Below are positions 9,029 to 17,611 of a DNA stretch of 64,000 nt, piece after piece; position 1 is the first letter of the stretch; every line of letters begins with the position of its first letter. The notes beneath the pieces are model-generated. The model was not told the origin of the DNA. It was given only the letters and a program-made list of their open reading frames with translations, and ran no database searches. The DNA comes from Thermoproteota archaeon (GTDB lineage: Archaea; Korarchaeota; Korarchaeia; Korarchaeales; JAOZGB01). The DNA lies in assembly GCA_037917685.1 (NCBI GenBank), contig JAVCBU010000012.1:288001-352000 (forward strand), written 5' to 3'. The position numbers were made by a program, and so were the translations under genes.

Positions 9029-10188
9029 CTATCAGCCTCGGGTGGGAAATAATCTAGGCTACCATAGATTGAGGGAATATCGGCTATTCTATGGCCTTTT
9101 AGCAGATGTGAAAATAGGATAACGTTTCGGTATGATGGAGAGACCATTCTAAGCCTATATGGCCTTTCTGTGCCATCGCTCACCACATAAAAGAAGAATT
9201 CCCCTCTCGCTCCCTCGACTCTTGCAAAGGCTTCGCCAGGGCCAGGTTTGAGCCTGGCAAATATGGCTGGAAACTTAAGTATGCCTGTTGAAGAGTAATA
9301 GTCTTTCCATTTGGGTGGTATCATCCTATAATAGTTTTCGGCAAGTATAGACCCCTCAGGGATGTCTTTGAGAATCTGTCTAATTATCTTTATGCTTTCT
9401 TTTATTTCGAGAACACGTGCTTTAAGCCTCGCGTGGGAGTCTCCCTCTTTTAGCACAACCATATCAAAATCAAGCTTGTCATAAACACAGTAAGGCGCAT
9501 TTTTCCTAACGTCGTACGCTACACCTGAAGCCCTCAAGTTGGGGCCAACAACGCCTAGTTTTATAGCATCGTCCCTTGTAAGGATGCCTACTCCTTCCAG
9601 TCTAGCCTTAGTCACGGGGTTTTCCACGAAAAGCTTTTCATGATCTTTCAATCTTTTTTCAATGTATTTCAAGGCCTTCTCCGCTCTCTCCGGGAAGAAT
9701 TTTGGCATATCTCTTCTTACTCCGCCTGGAATAATGTATGAGTATGTGATTCTAGCACCAGTTAGTAACTGGCAAAGATCTATTAGAATTTCCCTATCGG
9801 CAAATCCCCACATGAAAGCAGTCGATGAGCCTATCATTATGCCTAATATTCCTATCCCATAAAAATGACTGTGAATCCTATTGATTTCTGCAAGTAAGAC
9901 CCTGAGATAGCTAGCCCTTTCAGGCGGTTCTATTTTTAGAAGTTTTTCCAACGCTAGAATATAACAAAGGTTTGGGCTGGTGGTATCTGCAAGGGAAGGC
10001 CTTTCTACGAGGGGAACTATCTGAATATACTTTTTGGTTTCGGCTATTTTCTCAACTGCCCTATGAACGTAACCTATATTGGGCTGGGCTTCGACTATTA
10101 TGTCGCCGTCTACTCTTACGTGAAATCTCATGTGGCCTGAGCCTGGATGTTGAGGCCCTATGTAAAGTTCAAGGATTCTATCTGTCAT
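9025..10188 (-). CDS. nuoD: Complex I-like oxidoreductase subunit D
   Basis: GPQHPGSGH, GYVHRAVEK, EGARGE, C-terminal PEADR; no NiFe CxxC motifs, so not a hydrogenase large subunit. Confidence 0.93.
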   Translation of the reverse strand: MTDRILELYIGPQHPGSGHMRFHVRVDGDIIVEAQPNIGYVHRAVEKIAETKKYIQIVPLVERPSLADTTSPNLCYILALEKLLKIEPPERASYLRVLLAEINRIHSHFYGIGILGIMIGSSTAFMWGFADREILIDLCQLLTGARITYSYIIPGGVRRDMPKFFPERAEKALKYIEKRLKDHEKLFVENPVTKARLEGVGILTRDDAIKLGVVGPNLRASGVAYDVRKNAPYCVYDKLDFDMVVLKEGDSHARLKARVLEIKESIKIIRQILKDIPEGSILAENYYRMIPPKWKDYYSSTGILKFPAIFARLKPGPGEAFARVEGARGEFFFYVVSDGTERPYRLRMVSPSYRNVILFSHLLKGHRIADIPSIYGSLDYFPPEADR

Positions 10189-10637
10189 TTTTCAATCCCC
10201 TCTACTGGGATTTTAAAGTCTTTTCTTAAAGGTGGGGGGCCTTTAAAATCGTCTGGGAGCATTACCTTCTCGAGGGGGTTCCCTTGGAACTTTACACCAA
10301 GAAGCTCCGAGGTCTCTGCTTCGAGGTACCTAACGCTAGGCCACACGTCGAGAAGAGAGGGTACTTCGGGATTATCCCTTGAGGTCTCAATTTCGATGGA
10401 AAGGATTGATGTTGAAAGTTCCTTATCTGAATAGGATGAAACATGGTAGACGATTTTAAACACGCCCTTATCGGGATAATCTATCCCTGTAACAGATTTA
10501 ACATGATCGTAGCCTATGCTTTTTAATTTCTCAGCTTTTTCTCTCAGTTCGGAAGCGCCTACTGTTATCTTCAAGCCCTCACCAACTTCCAGCCCTATAC
10601 TACGGAGCTTTTCGACTACTTTTTGCATCTGTTTCAC
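10185..10637 (-). CDS. nuoC: Complex I-like oxidoreductase subunit C
   Basis: VTGIDYP, VPSL..VWP, EAETSELLGVKFQGNP, PLRKDF; start may be ATG 10628. Confidence 0.92.
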   Translation of the reverse strand: MKQMQKVVEKLRSIGLEVGEGLKITVGASELREKAEKLKSIGYDHVKSVTGIDYPDKGVFKIVYHVSSYSDKELSTSILSIEIETSRDNPEVPSLLDVWPSVRYLEAETSELLGVKFQGNPLEKVMLPDDFKGPPPLRKDFKIPVEGIEK

Positions 10638-11127
10638 CCTTGATCTTCTTTTGAAGCATTATAATTGCTCTGGCAAGGGCTTCCGGTCTTGGAGGGCAAC
10701 CTGGAATAAATATTTCGACTGGAAGTATCTGCCAGGGTCTAACAATATTGTAACTATTCCAGAATATTCCTCCGTCTAAGCCGCAAACTCCCATGGCTAT
10801 GACATATTTGGGCTCAGGCATCTGTTGATATACAATTTTAGCAGCTTCACCCATCTTCCTTGTGAGTGTACCTTCTATGACCATGAGATTTGTTTGTCTA
10901 GGCGCAACAAAGGGTAAAAAGCCGAATCTTTCAGCATCATACTTGGAAGCTGATGCCGCGGCAAATTCGGCACCACAACATGCTGTTGTAAAGTGTACAG
11001 GCCAAAGAGAAAACGAAATACCCCAGTCCCTTATTGTTCTAATAGGTTTCTTATTTATAAGCCACTGAGCTGCCTTTCTGGCGGATTCTTCAAGATTACC
11101 AAGTAAAATCAGTCTTCCATGAGCCAT
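10600..11127 (-). CDS. nuoB: Complex I-like oxidoreductase subunit B
   Basis: ACCGAE, PRQ, QMPEPKYVIAMGVC, IPGCPPRPE. Confidence 0.95.
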   Translation of the reverse strand: MAHGRLILLGNLEESARKAAQWLINKKPIRTIRDWGISFSLWPVHFTTACCGAEFAAASASKYDAERFGFLPFVAPRQTNLMVIEGTLTRKMGEAAKIVYQQMPEPKYVIAMGVCGLDGGIFWNSYNIVRPWQILPVEIFIPGCPPRPEALARAIIMLQKKIKGETDAKSSRKAP

Positions 11128-11516
11128 AACTTCACCCTCCCCGCCACCTTAACCCCAAAATATAGTGTTGGCGCAAGCATGCCCAGAATTAGCAGGAAAA
11201 GAATAGAGACATCTATAAGAGCTGTATTAGCCATAATGAGTAGAATAAATAGATATATGGAAATAGGCTCAACTGTTAGGAATAGTATTAGGAAAGCGTA
11301 GTACTGCATTGCGTACCATCCTCTAGCTCTGCCGAGAGGTTTATTTCCACATTCGTACCTGAGCTGTTTGAGTGGGAGATCTTTTCTGGGTGAAACGAGC
11401 CTAGCAAGTAAGAATCCAAGTAATCCTATGCCTAACCCAACTATAACCGACATTGAAAGTACTATAAGATTATGTAGGTTAATGTTATTCATTATCAGAA
11501 GAGCTGAAGGCTTCAT
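11109..11516 (-). CDS. nuoA: Complex I-like oxidoreductase subunit A
   Basis: RYECG, QYYAFLILFLTVE, 3 TM; first gene of the operon. Confidence 0.9.
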   Translation of the reverse strand: MKPSALLIMNNINLHNLIVLSMSVIVGLGIGLLGFLLARLVSPRKDLPLKQLRYECGNKPLGRARGWYAMQYYAFLILFLTVEPISIYLFILLIMANTALIDVSILFLLILGMLAPTLYFGVKVAGRVKLWLMED

Positions 11517-11680
11517 TGCCCCTCGGTTAGAATCAATGTGGTTAAAAATTTAAACATTTTTATTACTGCATACTGCACATCAGTCTTTCAACGTAGCCTA
11601 GTAATGATCAAAGGAGTAGCCTTGCTATTTTAAACTGAACCTGCCGAGTGAGGGTATACAGGCTGTTATATAAGTTATTG

Positions 11681-12316
11681 CTACTCTTTTCCCATTTTAG
11701 AGTAGTATGCGCAGGATTCCCGTAAAAGGCATTTATTGCATTCAGGTTTAATTGGTTTACATATGTCTCTGCCGAAGTCTACGAAAGCATGATTGACATA
11801 TATCCATAGTTCCCGTGGGAGGTTTTCCATTAATGTTTTTTCTACCTGTAAAGGTGTAGCTTCTAACGGCGCTAATCCAAGCCTTTTAGCTATCCTATAT
11901 ACATGGGTGTCAACTGCTATTGCAGGAATCCCGTATCCATAAGCTAAAACTATATTTGCACATTTTCTTCCTATACCTGGAAGTTTCAGCAGCTCTTCCA
12001 TACTTCGAGGTACCTTACCCTTATGTTTTTCAACTATTATTTTTGCAACCTGAACTATGTATCTAGATTTAGCCTTATACAGGCCAGTATTCTTTATAAG
12101 TTCCATAATAGTCTCAAGATCAGCAGATGCCAGTTCTTCGGGGGTACTAAATCTTTTAAACAGTTCTTCTACGGCCTTGTAGCTTTGCTCATCTCTTGTG
12201 CGTTGGGATAGTATACAATGTACTAGGACTTTAAATGGGTCGTCGTTATGTTTGTCTCTCTTATACTTCTTCGTTAGAATCCTAACTATCATTTCCGCCT
12301 TGTTCAATACTTTCAC
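11681..12316 (-). CDS. nth: Endonuclease III (HhH-GPD glycosylase/AP lyase)
   Basis: ILSQRT, LPGIGRKCANIVL, AVDTHV, [4Fe-4S] motif CKPIKPECNKCLLRESC. Confidence 0.95.
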   Translation of the reverse strand: MKVLNKAEMIVRILTKKYKRDKHNDDPFKVLVHCILSQRTRDEQSYKAVEELFKRFSTPEELASADLETIMELIKNTGLYKAKSRYIVQVAKIIVEKHKGKVPRSMEELLKLPGIGRKCANIVLAYGYGIPAIAVDTHVYRIAKRLGLAPLEATPLQVEKTLMENLPRELWIYVNHAFVDFGRDICKPIKPECNKCLLRESCAYYSKMGKE

Positions 12317-12362
12317 CTTATAGAAAGCATAATTAGTGATGCCGGGAATTATATTTAAGAGT

Positions 12363-13541
12363 ATGGAAGATATTTTGATAGGAACTTCTGGGTGGAGCTA
12401 CGAGGAATGGGTAGGACCATTCTATTTAGAAATTAAAGATCAGCTCCGCCAATACTTTGATGTTTTTAGAACTGTCGAGGTTAACTCCACATTTTACAGT
12501 TTTCCGTCCGTGTGGCTTCCACGTCTGTGGGCGAGAAGGAGTCCTGACGGCTTCCGGTTTGCGCTCAAAATGCCCCGTGATATAACACATAAAAAGATGC
12601 TTGCAGATCCCCGAAGTCTCATAGAGAAGTTTCTTAAACTTATAGATCCACTCAAAAAAACACAGCGTCTAGGCCCGTTACTATTCCAGCTGCCTCCAAA
12701 GCTTCAGTGTAATATTAGTCTTCTCTCAAAGTTTTTAGAGAGTCTTCCAGAGGGATACGAGTATGCAATTGAATTTAGGCATCCTTCCTGGTTTAAATGT
12801 GGAGAAGTTATAGGTTTACTTAGAGACCATAATGTAGCTTTTACTGTTGTAGATGCTCCAGGCCTCCCAGGGAAGGTTGAAGTAACTGCAGACTTCTCAT
12901 ATTTTAGATGGCATGGCAGAGGTTCCAGGCCATGGTATAACTATCATTATAGAATGGAGGAGCTTAGGGAATTCGTCCCTAAAGTCATGAGTGCAAAGTC
13001 GAAGTGTAGTAGGGTATATGGGTATTTCAATAACCACTTCAAGGGTTTCGCGCCTAAAAATGCATTAGAGCTTATAGAACTTTTAGATATCGGTCTCACC
13101 CCTAAACAGAGGCAGGTGAAAGCTAGGATAGATGAATGGTTCTCTAAGCTTAAAGGTCCTGCTCTTTTAAAAGAACCTGAGATTCCAGCAGAGGGAAAGA
13201 TTATGAATATGGGAATTGAACAGCTTATTTCCATTCTCACCGATAGTGTCAGGCTTAAACGGGCTTTAGGCATACCTGATAGCAGTGTTAGGGTATTACG
13301 TAGAGATGAGGTTATTGAAGCTACTGTTAAGGACTATCATATCGTCATTGATCTTAAAAGAAAGGTTATACTTCATGATTGCGCTGACTGGGGTAAAGTT
13401 TCAGTGGCTAAGAGATTTTGTAAGCATGTAGCTAAATTGATGTTCACATTATCAGATGGTGCTGATATTATGAGAAGCATTATCTTAGACCTCGATAAAT
13501 GGAATTTCAGGGCTTTGATGGGTGAGAGTAGTGGGAGTTAA
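12363..13541 (+). CDS. DUF72 (YecE-like TIM barrel) fused to a C-terminal SWIM zinc finger
   Basis: IGTSGWSY, VEVNSTFY, LFQLPP, EFRHPSW, YFRWHG, YFNNH; C-terminal HDCADW...FCKH. Start may be 12336 or 12363. Confidence 0.88.
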   Translation: MEDILIGTSGWSYEEWVGPFYLEIKDQLRQYFDVFRTVEVNSTFYSFPSVWLPRLWARRSPDGFRFALKMPRDITHKKMLADPRSLIEKFLKLIDPLKKTQRLGPLLFQLPPKLQCNISLLSKFLESLPEGYEYAIEFRHPSWFKCGEVIGLLRDHNVAFTVVDAPGLPGKVEVTADFSYFRWHGRGSRPWYNYHYRMEELREFVPKVMSAKSKCSRVYGYFNNHFKGFAPKNALELIELLDIGLTPKQRQVKARIDEWFSKLKGPALLKEPEIPAEGKIMNMGIEQLISILTDSVRLKRALGIPDSSVRVLRRDEVIEATVKDYHIVIDLKRKVILHDCADWGKVSVAKRFCKHVAKLMFTLSDGADIMRSIILDLDKWNFRALMGESSGS

Positions 13542-14544
13542 GCTGGGAGACCTCATCAGGAGGAAACCTATAAGTTTCGAGTCTCTTGCTGGTAAAACTG
13601 TGGCCATAGATGCTTTTAACGCCTTATACCAGTTTCTTGCGATCATAAGGACTGGTCCTGGGGTGCCACTTAAGGATAGACACGGGAGGATTACAAGCCA
13701 CTTGAACGGCTTACTTTTCAGAACTGTCAGACTTATGGAGTATGGAATTAAACCTGTATATGTATTTGACGGGAAGCCCCCAGAGCTTAAAAGGGCTACA
13801 ATAGAGGAGCGGAAGGAAAGGAGGGAGGAAGCTCTACGAGAGTATCAGAAAGCTGTTCTTAGAGGAGACTTCGAAACTGCTTGGTCTAAGGCAGTGCAAA
13901 CAGCAACCCTATCTGAAATTATGGCAAATGATGCTAAGACTCTTTTAAACTTTATGGGGGTTCCATGGGTTCAGGCTCCATCCGAAGGAGAGGCGCAAGC
14001 TGCGTATATGACTGAAAAGGGGGATATCTGGGCATCAGCAAGTCAGGATTATGATTCGCTCTTGTTCGGGGCTGAAAGGCTTGTTAGGAATCTAACTATC
14101 TCGGGGAGGAGGTTTTATAGGAAGAAAAAGATGGCTGTCAAGCTAAACCCTGAACTTGTAGTTTTAAATGAGGCGCTATCGGATTTAGGCCTTAGGAGAG
14201 AGCAACTTGTAGACCTCGCTATACTAATAGGAACCGATTATAACGAGGGAGTTAAAGGTATAGGTCCAAAGACGGCGTACAAGCTGATTAAAAAATACGA
14301 AACCCTAGAAAATATCATAAAGTATGAGAATCTAACATTAGACTTCGACTACGAAGCTGTTAGATCTATATTTCTTAATCCGGAAGTAACTGACGAGTAT
14401 GATCTCAGATGGGGGAGCATCGACGAGAAAGGGATCATAAAGTTTCTCTGCGAAGAGAGAGACTTTAACGTCGAAAGGGTTAGGAAGGCGGTTGAACGCC
14501 TTAGGAAAGCATCTGTTTCTTTCAGACAAACTACACTATTCTAA
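13531..14544 (+). CDS. fen: Flap endonuclease 1
   Basis: MGVKLGDLI, IDAFNALYQFL, VFDG, APSEGEAQAA, SQDYDSLLFG, GTDYN, GIGPK; C-terminal QTTLF. GTG start after a GGTGA RBS. Confidence 0.97.
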   Translation: MGVKLGDLIRRKPISFESLAGKTVAIDAFNALYQFLAIIRTGPGVPLKDRHGRITSHLNGLLFRTVRLMEYGIKPVYVFDGKPPELKRATIEERKERREEALREYQKAVLRGDFETAWSKAVQTATLSEIMANDAKTLLNFMGVPWVQAPSEGEAQAAYMTEKGDIWASASQDYDSLLFGAERLVRNLTISGRRFYRKKKMAVKLNPELVVLNEALSDLGLRREQLVDLAILIGTDYNEGVKGIGPKTAYKLIKKYETLENIIKYENLTLDFDYEAVRSIFLNPEVTDEYDLRWGSIDEKGIIKFLCEERDFNVERVRKAVERLRKASVSFRQTTLF

Positions 14545-15245
14545 TCTAAGATATCCAGAATTTCTGATAGCTTTCTTATTTTGAGAATTTTTGCGTAGTT
14601 GTTTAACCCTAATTCTTGACCATAGTCGAAAAGAACCGGGTATAAACCTGATAGTAATGCACCCTCCACATCTTCTTTGCTGTCTCCTACATGAACCGTA
14701 CGTTCTGGTTTTACATCAAGGAGGTCTAAAGTATAGTAGAAGAGTTCAACGGAGGGTTTTCTAACCCCCACCTCGTCGGAGAAGGTTAGCACATCGAAGT
14801 ATTTGATAAGTCCTGATTTTACGAGATATCTCCTTTTAGCCCAGCCATACGGCGTATTCGAAACTACTGCAAGCTTGTACCCCTTTTTCCTAAGCTTTGC
14901 TAAAGTTGACTCTGCGTCCGGGTAAAATCTGAAATAATCGAAAAAGGGCTCTACAAAGGCTTCTTTAAGCTCATCCTCCACCTGAATTTTTAATCCCAGT
15001 TTAGATAGCATCTTTTCAAGATGTTTGTCTACAGGAACTTCACGATACGTGGTTTTTCGAATAAAACTACATTCCTCAAGACTTTCAATATACGCAGTGT
15101 ACAACTTTTTAAATTCAAATTTAAAGCCCTGACGCCTAAGCACGATACTTATCCTTCTCACCCTGTCAATAGTGAACCTCTCCATCGATACCTTAGGCTT
15201 ACCAAGTGTCATCCAGTAGTCAAATGTTACAGCCCTAAACTTCAA
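14541..15245 (-). CDS. HAD-superfamily hydrolase
   Basis: FDYWMTL (motif I variant), VVSNT, RKP, HVGDS..D..GA. Confidence 0.88.
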   Translation of the reverse strand: MKFRAVTFDYWMTLGKPKVSMERFTIDRVRRISIVLRRQGFKFEFKKLYTAYIESLEECSFIRKTTYREVPVDKHLEKMLSKLGLKIQVEDELKEAFVEPFFDYFRFYPDAESTLAKLRKKGYKLAVVSNTPYGWAKRRYLVKSGLIKYFDVLTFSDEVGVRKPSVELFYYTLDLLDVKPERTVHVGDSKEDVEGALLSGLYPVLFDYGQELGLNNYAKILKIRKLSEILDILD

Positions 15246-15256
15246 TTTGTCTCTCC

Positions 15257-16057
15257 CTAATTTTCATGTTTTAGAGCTTCGTCCTCTCCAAAGCTATAAT
15301 ACATTTGAACTCGGCCTGTCCTTACCAGCGAATAGACTGTCGTCACCCCTATGACGGCCGCTACCAGCTGCTCTAACCCGTCCGCAATAGCGTAATATGG
15401 GATCATTGGTACCCAGTACTGATAAGCTGTGAAGTTTAATAGATAAAAGCATAGATTGTTCCCAACAAGAACTCCCGACATTTTTGTAACCCATGCTAAC
15501 ATCCAGAAAGCAGCAAGGTATCCGGCTATACCTGAGCAGGCATCTAATGGATTTGCACTGAAGTCGTCGATGTTTAATGAGGGTATACGAGCTATTTTTC
15601 TTCTAACAAAGTTCCTTAATGGGGGGGTAATTATTACTATGGCAAGCCACTGCTCCCATGTAACGAGGGGCATATAGTGTTTTAATCCAACCCCGCCTCT
15701 ATAGGTGTACCATGTTGTTAGACCTATGATATAGAAAAGTAAGAGAGGCTTCCACCCTCCATCGCTCAGCAAAAGCCCGGGAGCCGTGCAATATGCAATA
15801 TCTGGGAGAAAGGATAGTATTCCAAATATGTTTCTATACTGGAAAATGCTTCTGGCTATCAACCCGTACAATAAGCCGTGAATGAAGCCCCCCATAGGCC
15901 CTAATAGTACTCCTGAAAGAGGGGAGAGAAACTCCGCTGCTGAAAAATATCCCGGTAATCCGGGAATTTTAAACGTAGGTATAGCCGTGGCTGCTACTCT
16001 AACAGCCGTCCATACTGCTATCAGCGATAGAAGCTTTGTTTTCCTAGGGCTATCCAC
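15257..16057 (-). CDS. ECF-transporter S-component-like membrane protein
   Basis: AxxxA in TM1, SPLSGVLLGPMGG motif, multiple TM segments; longer than a typical S-component. Confidence 0.65.
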   Translation of the reverse strand: MDSPRKTKLLSLIAVWTAVRVAATAIPTFKIPGLPGYFSAAEFLSPLSGVLLGPMGGFIHGLLYGLIARSIFQYRNIFGILSFLPDIAYCTAPGLLLSDGGWKPLLLFYIIGLTTWYTYRGGVGLKHYMPLVTWEQWLAIVIITPPLRNFVRRKIARIPSLNIDDFSANPLDACSGIAGYLAAFWMLAWVTKMSGVLVGNNLCFYLLNFTAYQYWVPMIPYYAIADGLEQLVAAVIGVTTVYSLVRTGRVQMYYSFGEDEALKHEN

Positions 16058-16113
16058 GTCTATGTGTGTGATTATTATATTGTTTAAAGTTTTTGTTTAA
16101 AGCAGGATACAGG

Positions 16114-16593
16114 ATGACGGTGCCGTGTTTTAGGCTGTCAGCGGTGGGCGGAACATTTGATAGATTTCACGCAGGGCATGAAGCATTGCTAAATGCAGCA
16201 TTCACCTTATCTGAAACTGTAATCGTAGGTATCACTTCAAGTGAGATGCTAGGGAATAAAGCTTTTAGAGATAAGATTCAGAGTTTCAGGGAAAGATTCG
16301 AAAACGTTGTTGGATATTTAAAAAGATCAGGATTCATCGAGAAGGCGGTATTTTATATGTTAAGGGATGACTATGGACCTGCACTTTGGATTAGAAAACT
16401 TGAAGCCTTATTTGTGAGTCCTGAGACTTATCCTAAAGCCTTAAAGCTAAATAGTTTAAGAGTTGGACGGGGCTTAAAAAAACTAGTAGTTGTAGTTATC
16501 CCAACCATGTTAGCTGAAAATGGCGAACCTATAAGTTCCACCAGGATAAGGGGCGGGTTCATCCGTGGGAACGGGACTACAATAAAGCTTTAA
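16114..16593 (+). CDS. coaD: Archaeal phosphopantetheine adenylyltransferase
   Basis: AVGGTFDRFHAGHEALL, D.YGPA, VSPET, PISSTRIR. Confidence 0.9.
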   Translation: MTVPCFRLSAVGGTFDRFHAGHEALLNAAFTLSETVIVGITSSEMLGNKAFRDKIQSFRERFENVVGYLKRSGFIEKAVFYMLRDDYGPALWIRKLEALFVSPETYPKALKLNSLRVGRGLKKLVVVVIPTMLAENGEPISSTRIRGGFIRGNGTTIKL

Positions 16594-16618
16594 TGTAAGG
16601 CATTATTCGGATGCCTGT

Positions 16619-17611
16619 ATGCCAGACAGAGTTGTGGTCTCAGCTCCATCGCAGGCATTCCTCTTTGGGGAACACGCTGTGCTGTATAGGTCAAGAGCCC
16701 TGGCATGCGGAGTAGAAAGAAGAAGTAAGGCTGAACTTAAAGCTAGAAGAGATAAAACTATTAAGATAGTCTCAAATGCGTATCCGGGCGAATACGTGGG
16801 GAAGATAGAATCGGAAGGCATCAAAGGAGAAGGCCCTAGGGAGCTTGAGATTCTCGCTAGGGGACTGTCTGAACTATATTCTAAGTATGGGTTTAGCGAG
16901 GGCATCGAGATTAGAATTTGGAGTGACATCCCTGTAGGATCTGGTATGGCCAGTTCGGCGTCCGTTTCAGCATGCATTGTAGAAGGTTTTTCTATCCTCG
17001 CAGATTTAGAAATGAATGAGGAAGAGGTTTTAGAGAATGTTTACTTGTTCGAAAGGATAATCCATGGCAAGGCTAGTAAGACAGGGCCTGCCTGTGCAGT
17101 TTATGGAGGGATAGTACTTATAGAGTGGGTTTCAAATGGCATGATTGTAAGGAAAGTTGACATAGAAGTGGATATTCCCCTTGTAATCTGTTGTGTTAAC
17201 GAAAGAACTCCCACTAGCGTTATGATTCGTAAGGTTGCTGATAGAGTTAGGAGGGTAGGGCTGCCCATGAGGAGAATAATGGAAACAGTAGATCTGCTGA
17301 TTGACGTTGGATTGAAGGCTATGGGGGACGGCAATCTTAAACTTCTAGGAGAGTTAATGTTGGTTAACCAAGGCTTACTCTGGGCTATGGGGGTTTCAAC
17401 AGATGAGATAGATAGGGTTATTAATATTGCACTGGAAAATGGTGCTTATGGAGGAAAACTTTCTGGAGGCGGAGGTGGCGGCTGCGTCTTAATACTATCT
17501 GATGCGGAGTTTACAAATAAAATTATTAAATCTCTCGAGACTATTGGATACAAACCATTCAAGAGCAGTGTATCTAAAGATGGTGTTAAGGTCTTGGAGG
17601 TGAGCAATTGA
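16619..17611 (+). CDS. GHMP kinase, mevalonate-kinase-like but with substituted catalytic residues
   Basis: LFGEHAV, PVGSGMASSAS, NQGLL..MGVS, GGKLSGGGGGGC; the canonical Lys and Asp are replaced (see findings). Confidence 0.8.
   Translation: MPDRVVVSAPSQAFLFGEHAVLYRSRALACGVERRSKAELKARRDKTIKIVSNAYPGEYVGKIESEGIKGEGPRELEILARGLSELYSKYGFSEGIEIRIWSDIPVGSGMASSASVSACIVEGFSILADLEMNEEEVLENVYLFERIIHGKASKTGPACAVYGGIVLIEWVSNGMIVRKVDIEVDIPLVICCVNERTPTSVMIRKVADRVRRVGLPMRRIMETVDLLIDVGLKAMGDGNLKLLGELMLVNQGLLWAMGVSTDEIDRVINIALENGAYGGKLSGGGGGGCVLILSDAEFTNKIIKSLETIGYKPFKSSVSKDGVKVLEVSN

Noticed and set aside
9025-11127. nuoB/D as a membrane-bound [NiFe]-hydrogenase
   Set aside because: The large subunit lacks both CxxC Ni-binding motifs and ends in ADR.
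11540-11680. Possible C/D-box sRNA or operator (ATGATCA...CTGA, TACTGCA x2, GTAGCCT x2) upstream of nuoA
   Set aside because: Boxes are degenerate, the spacing is too short, and the repeats are of chance length.
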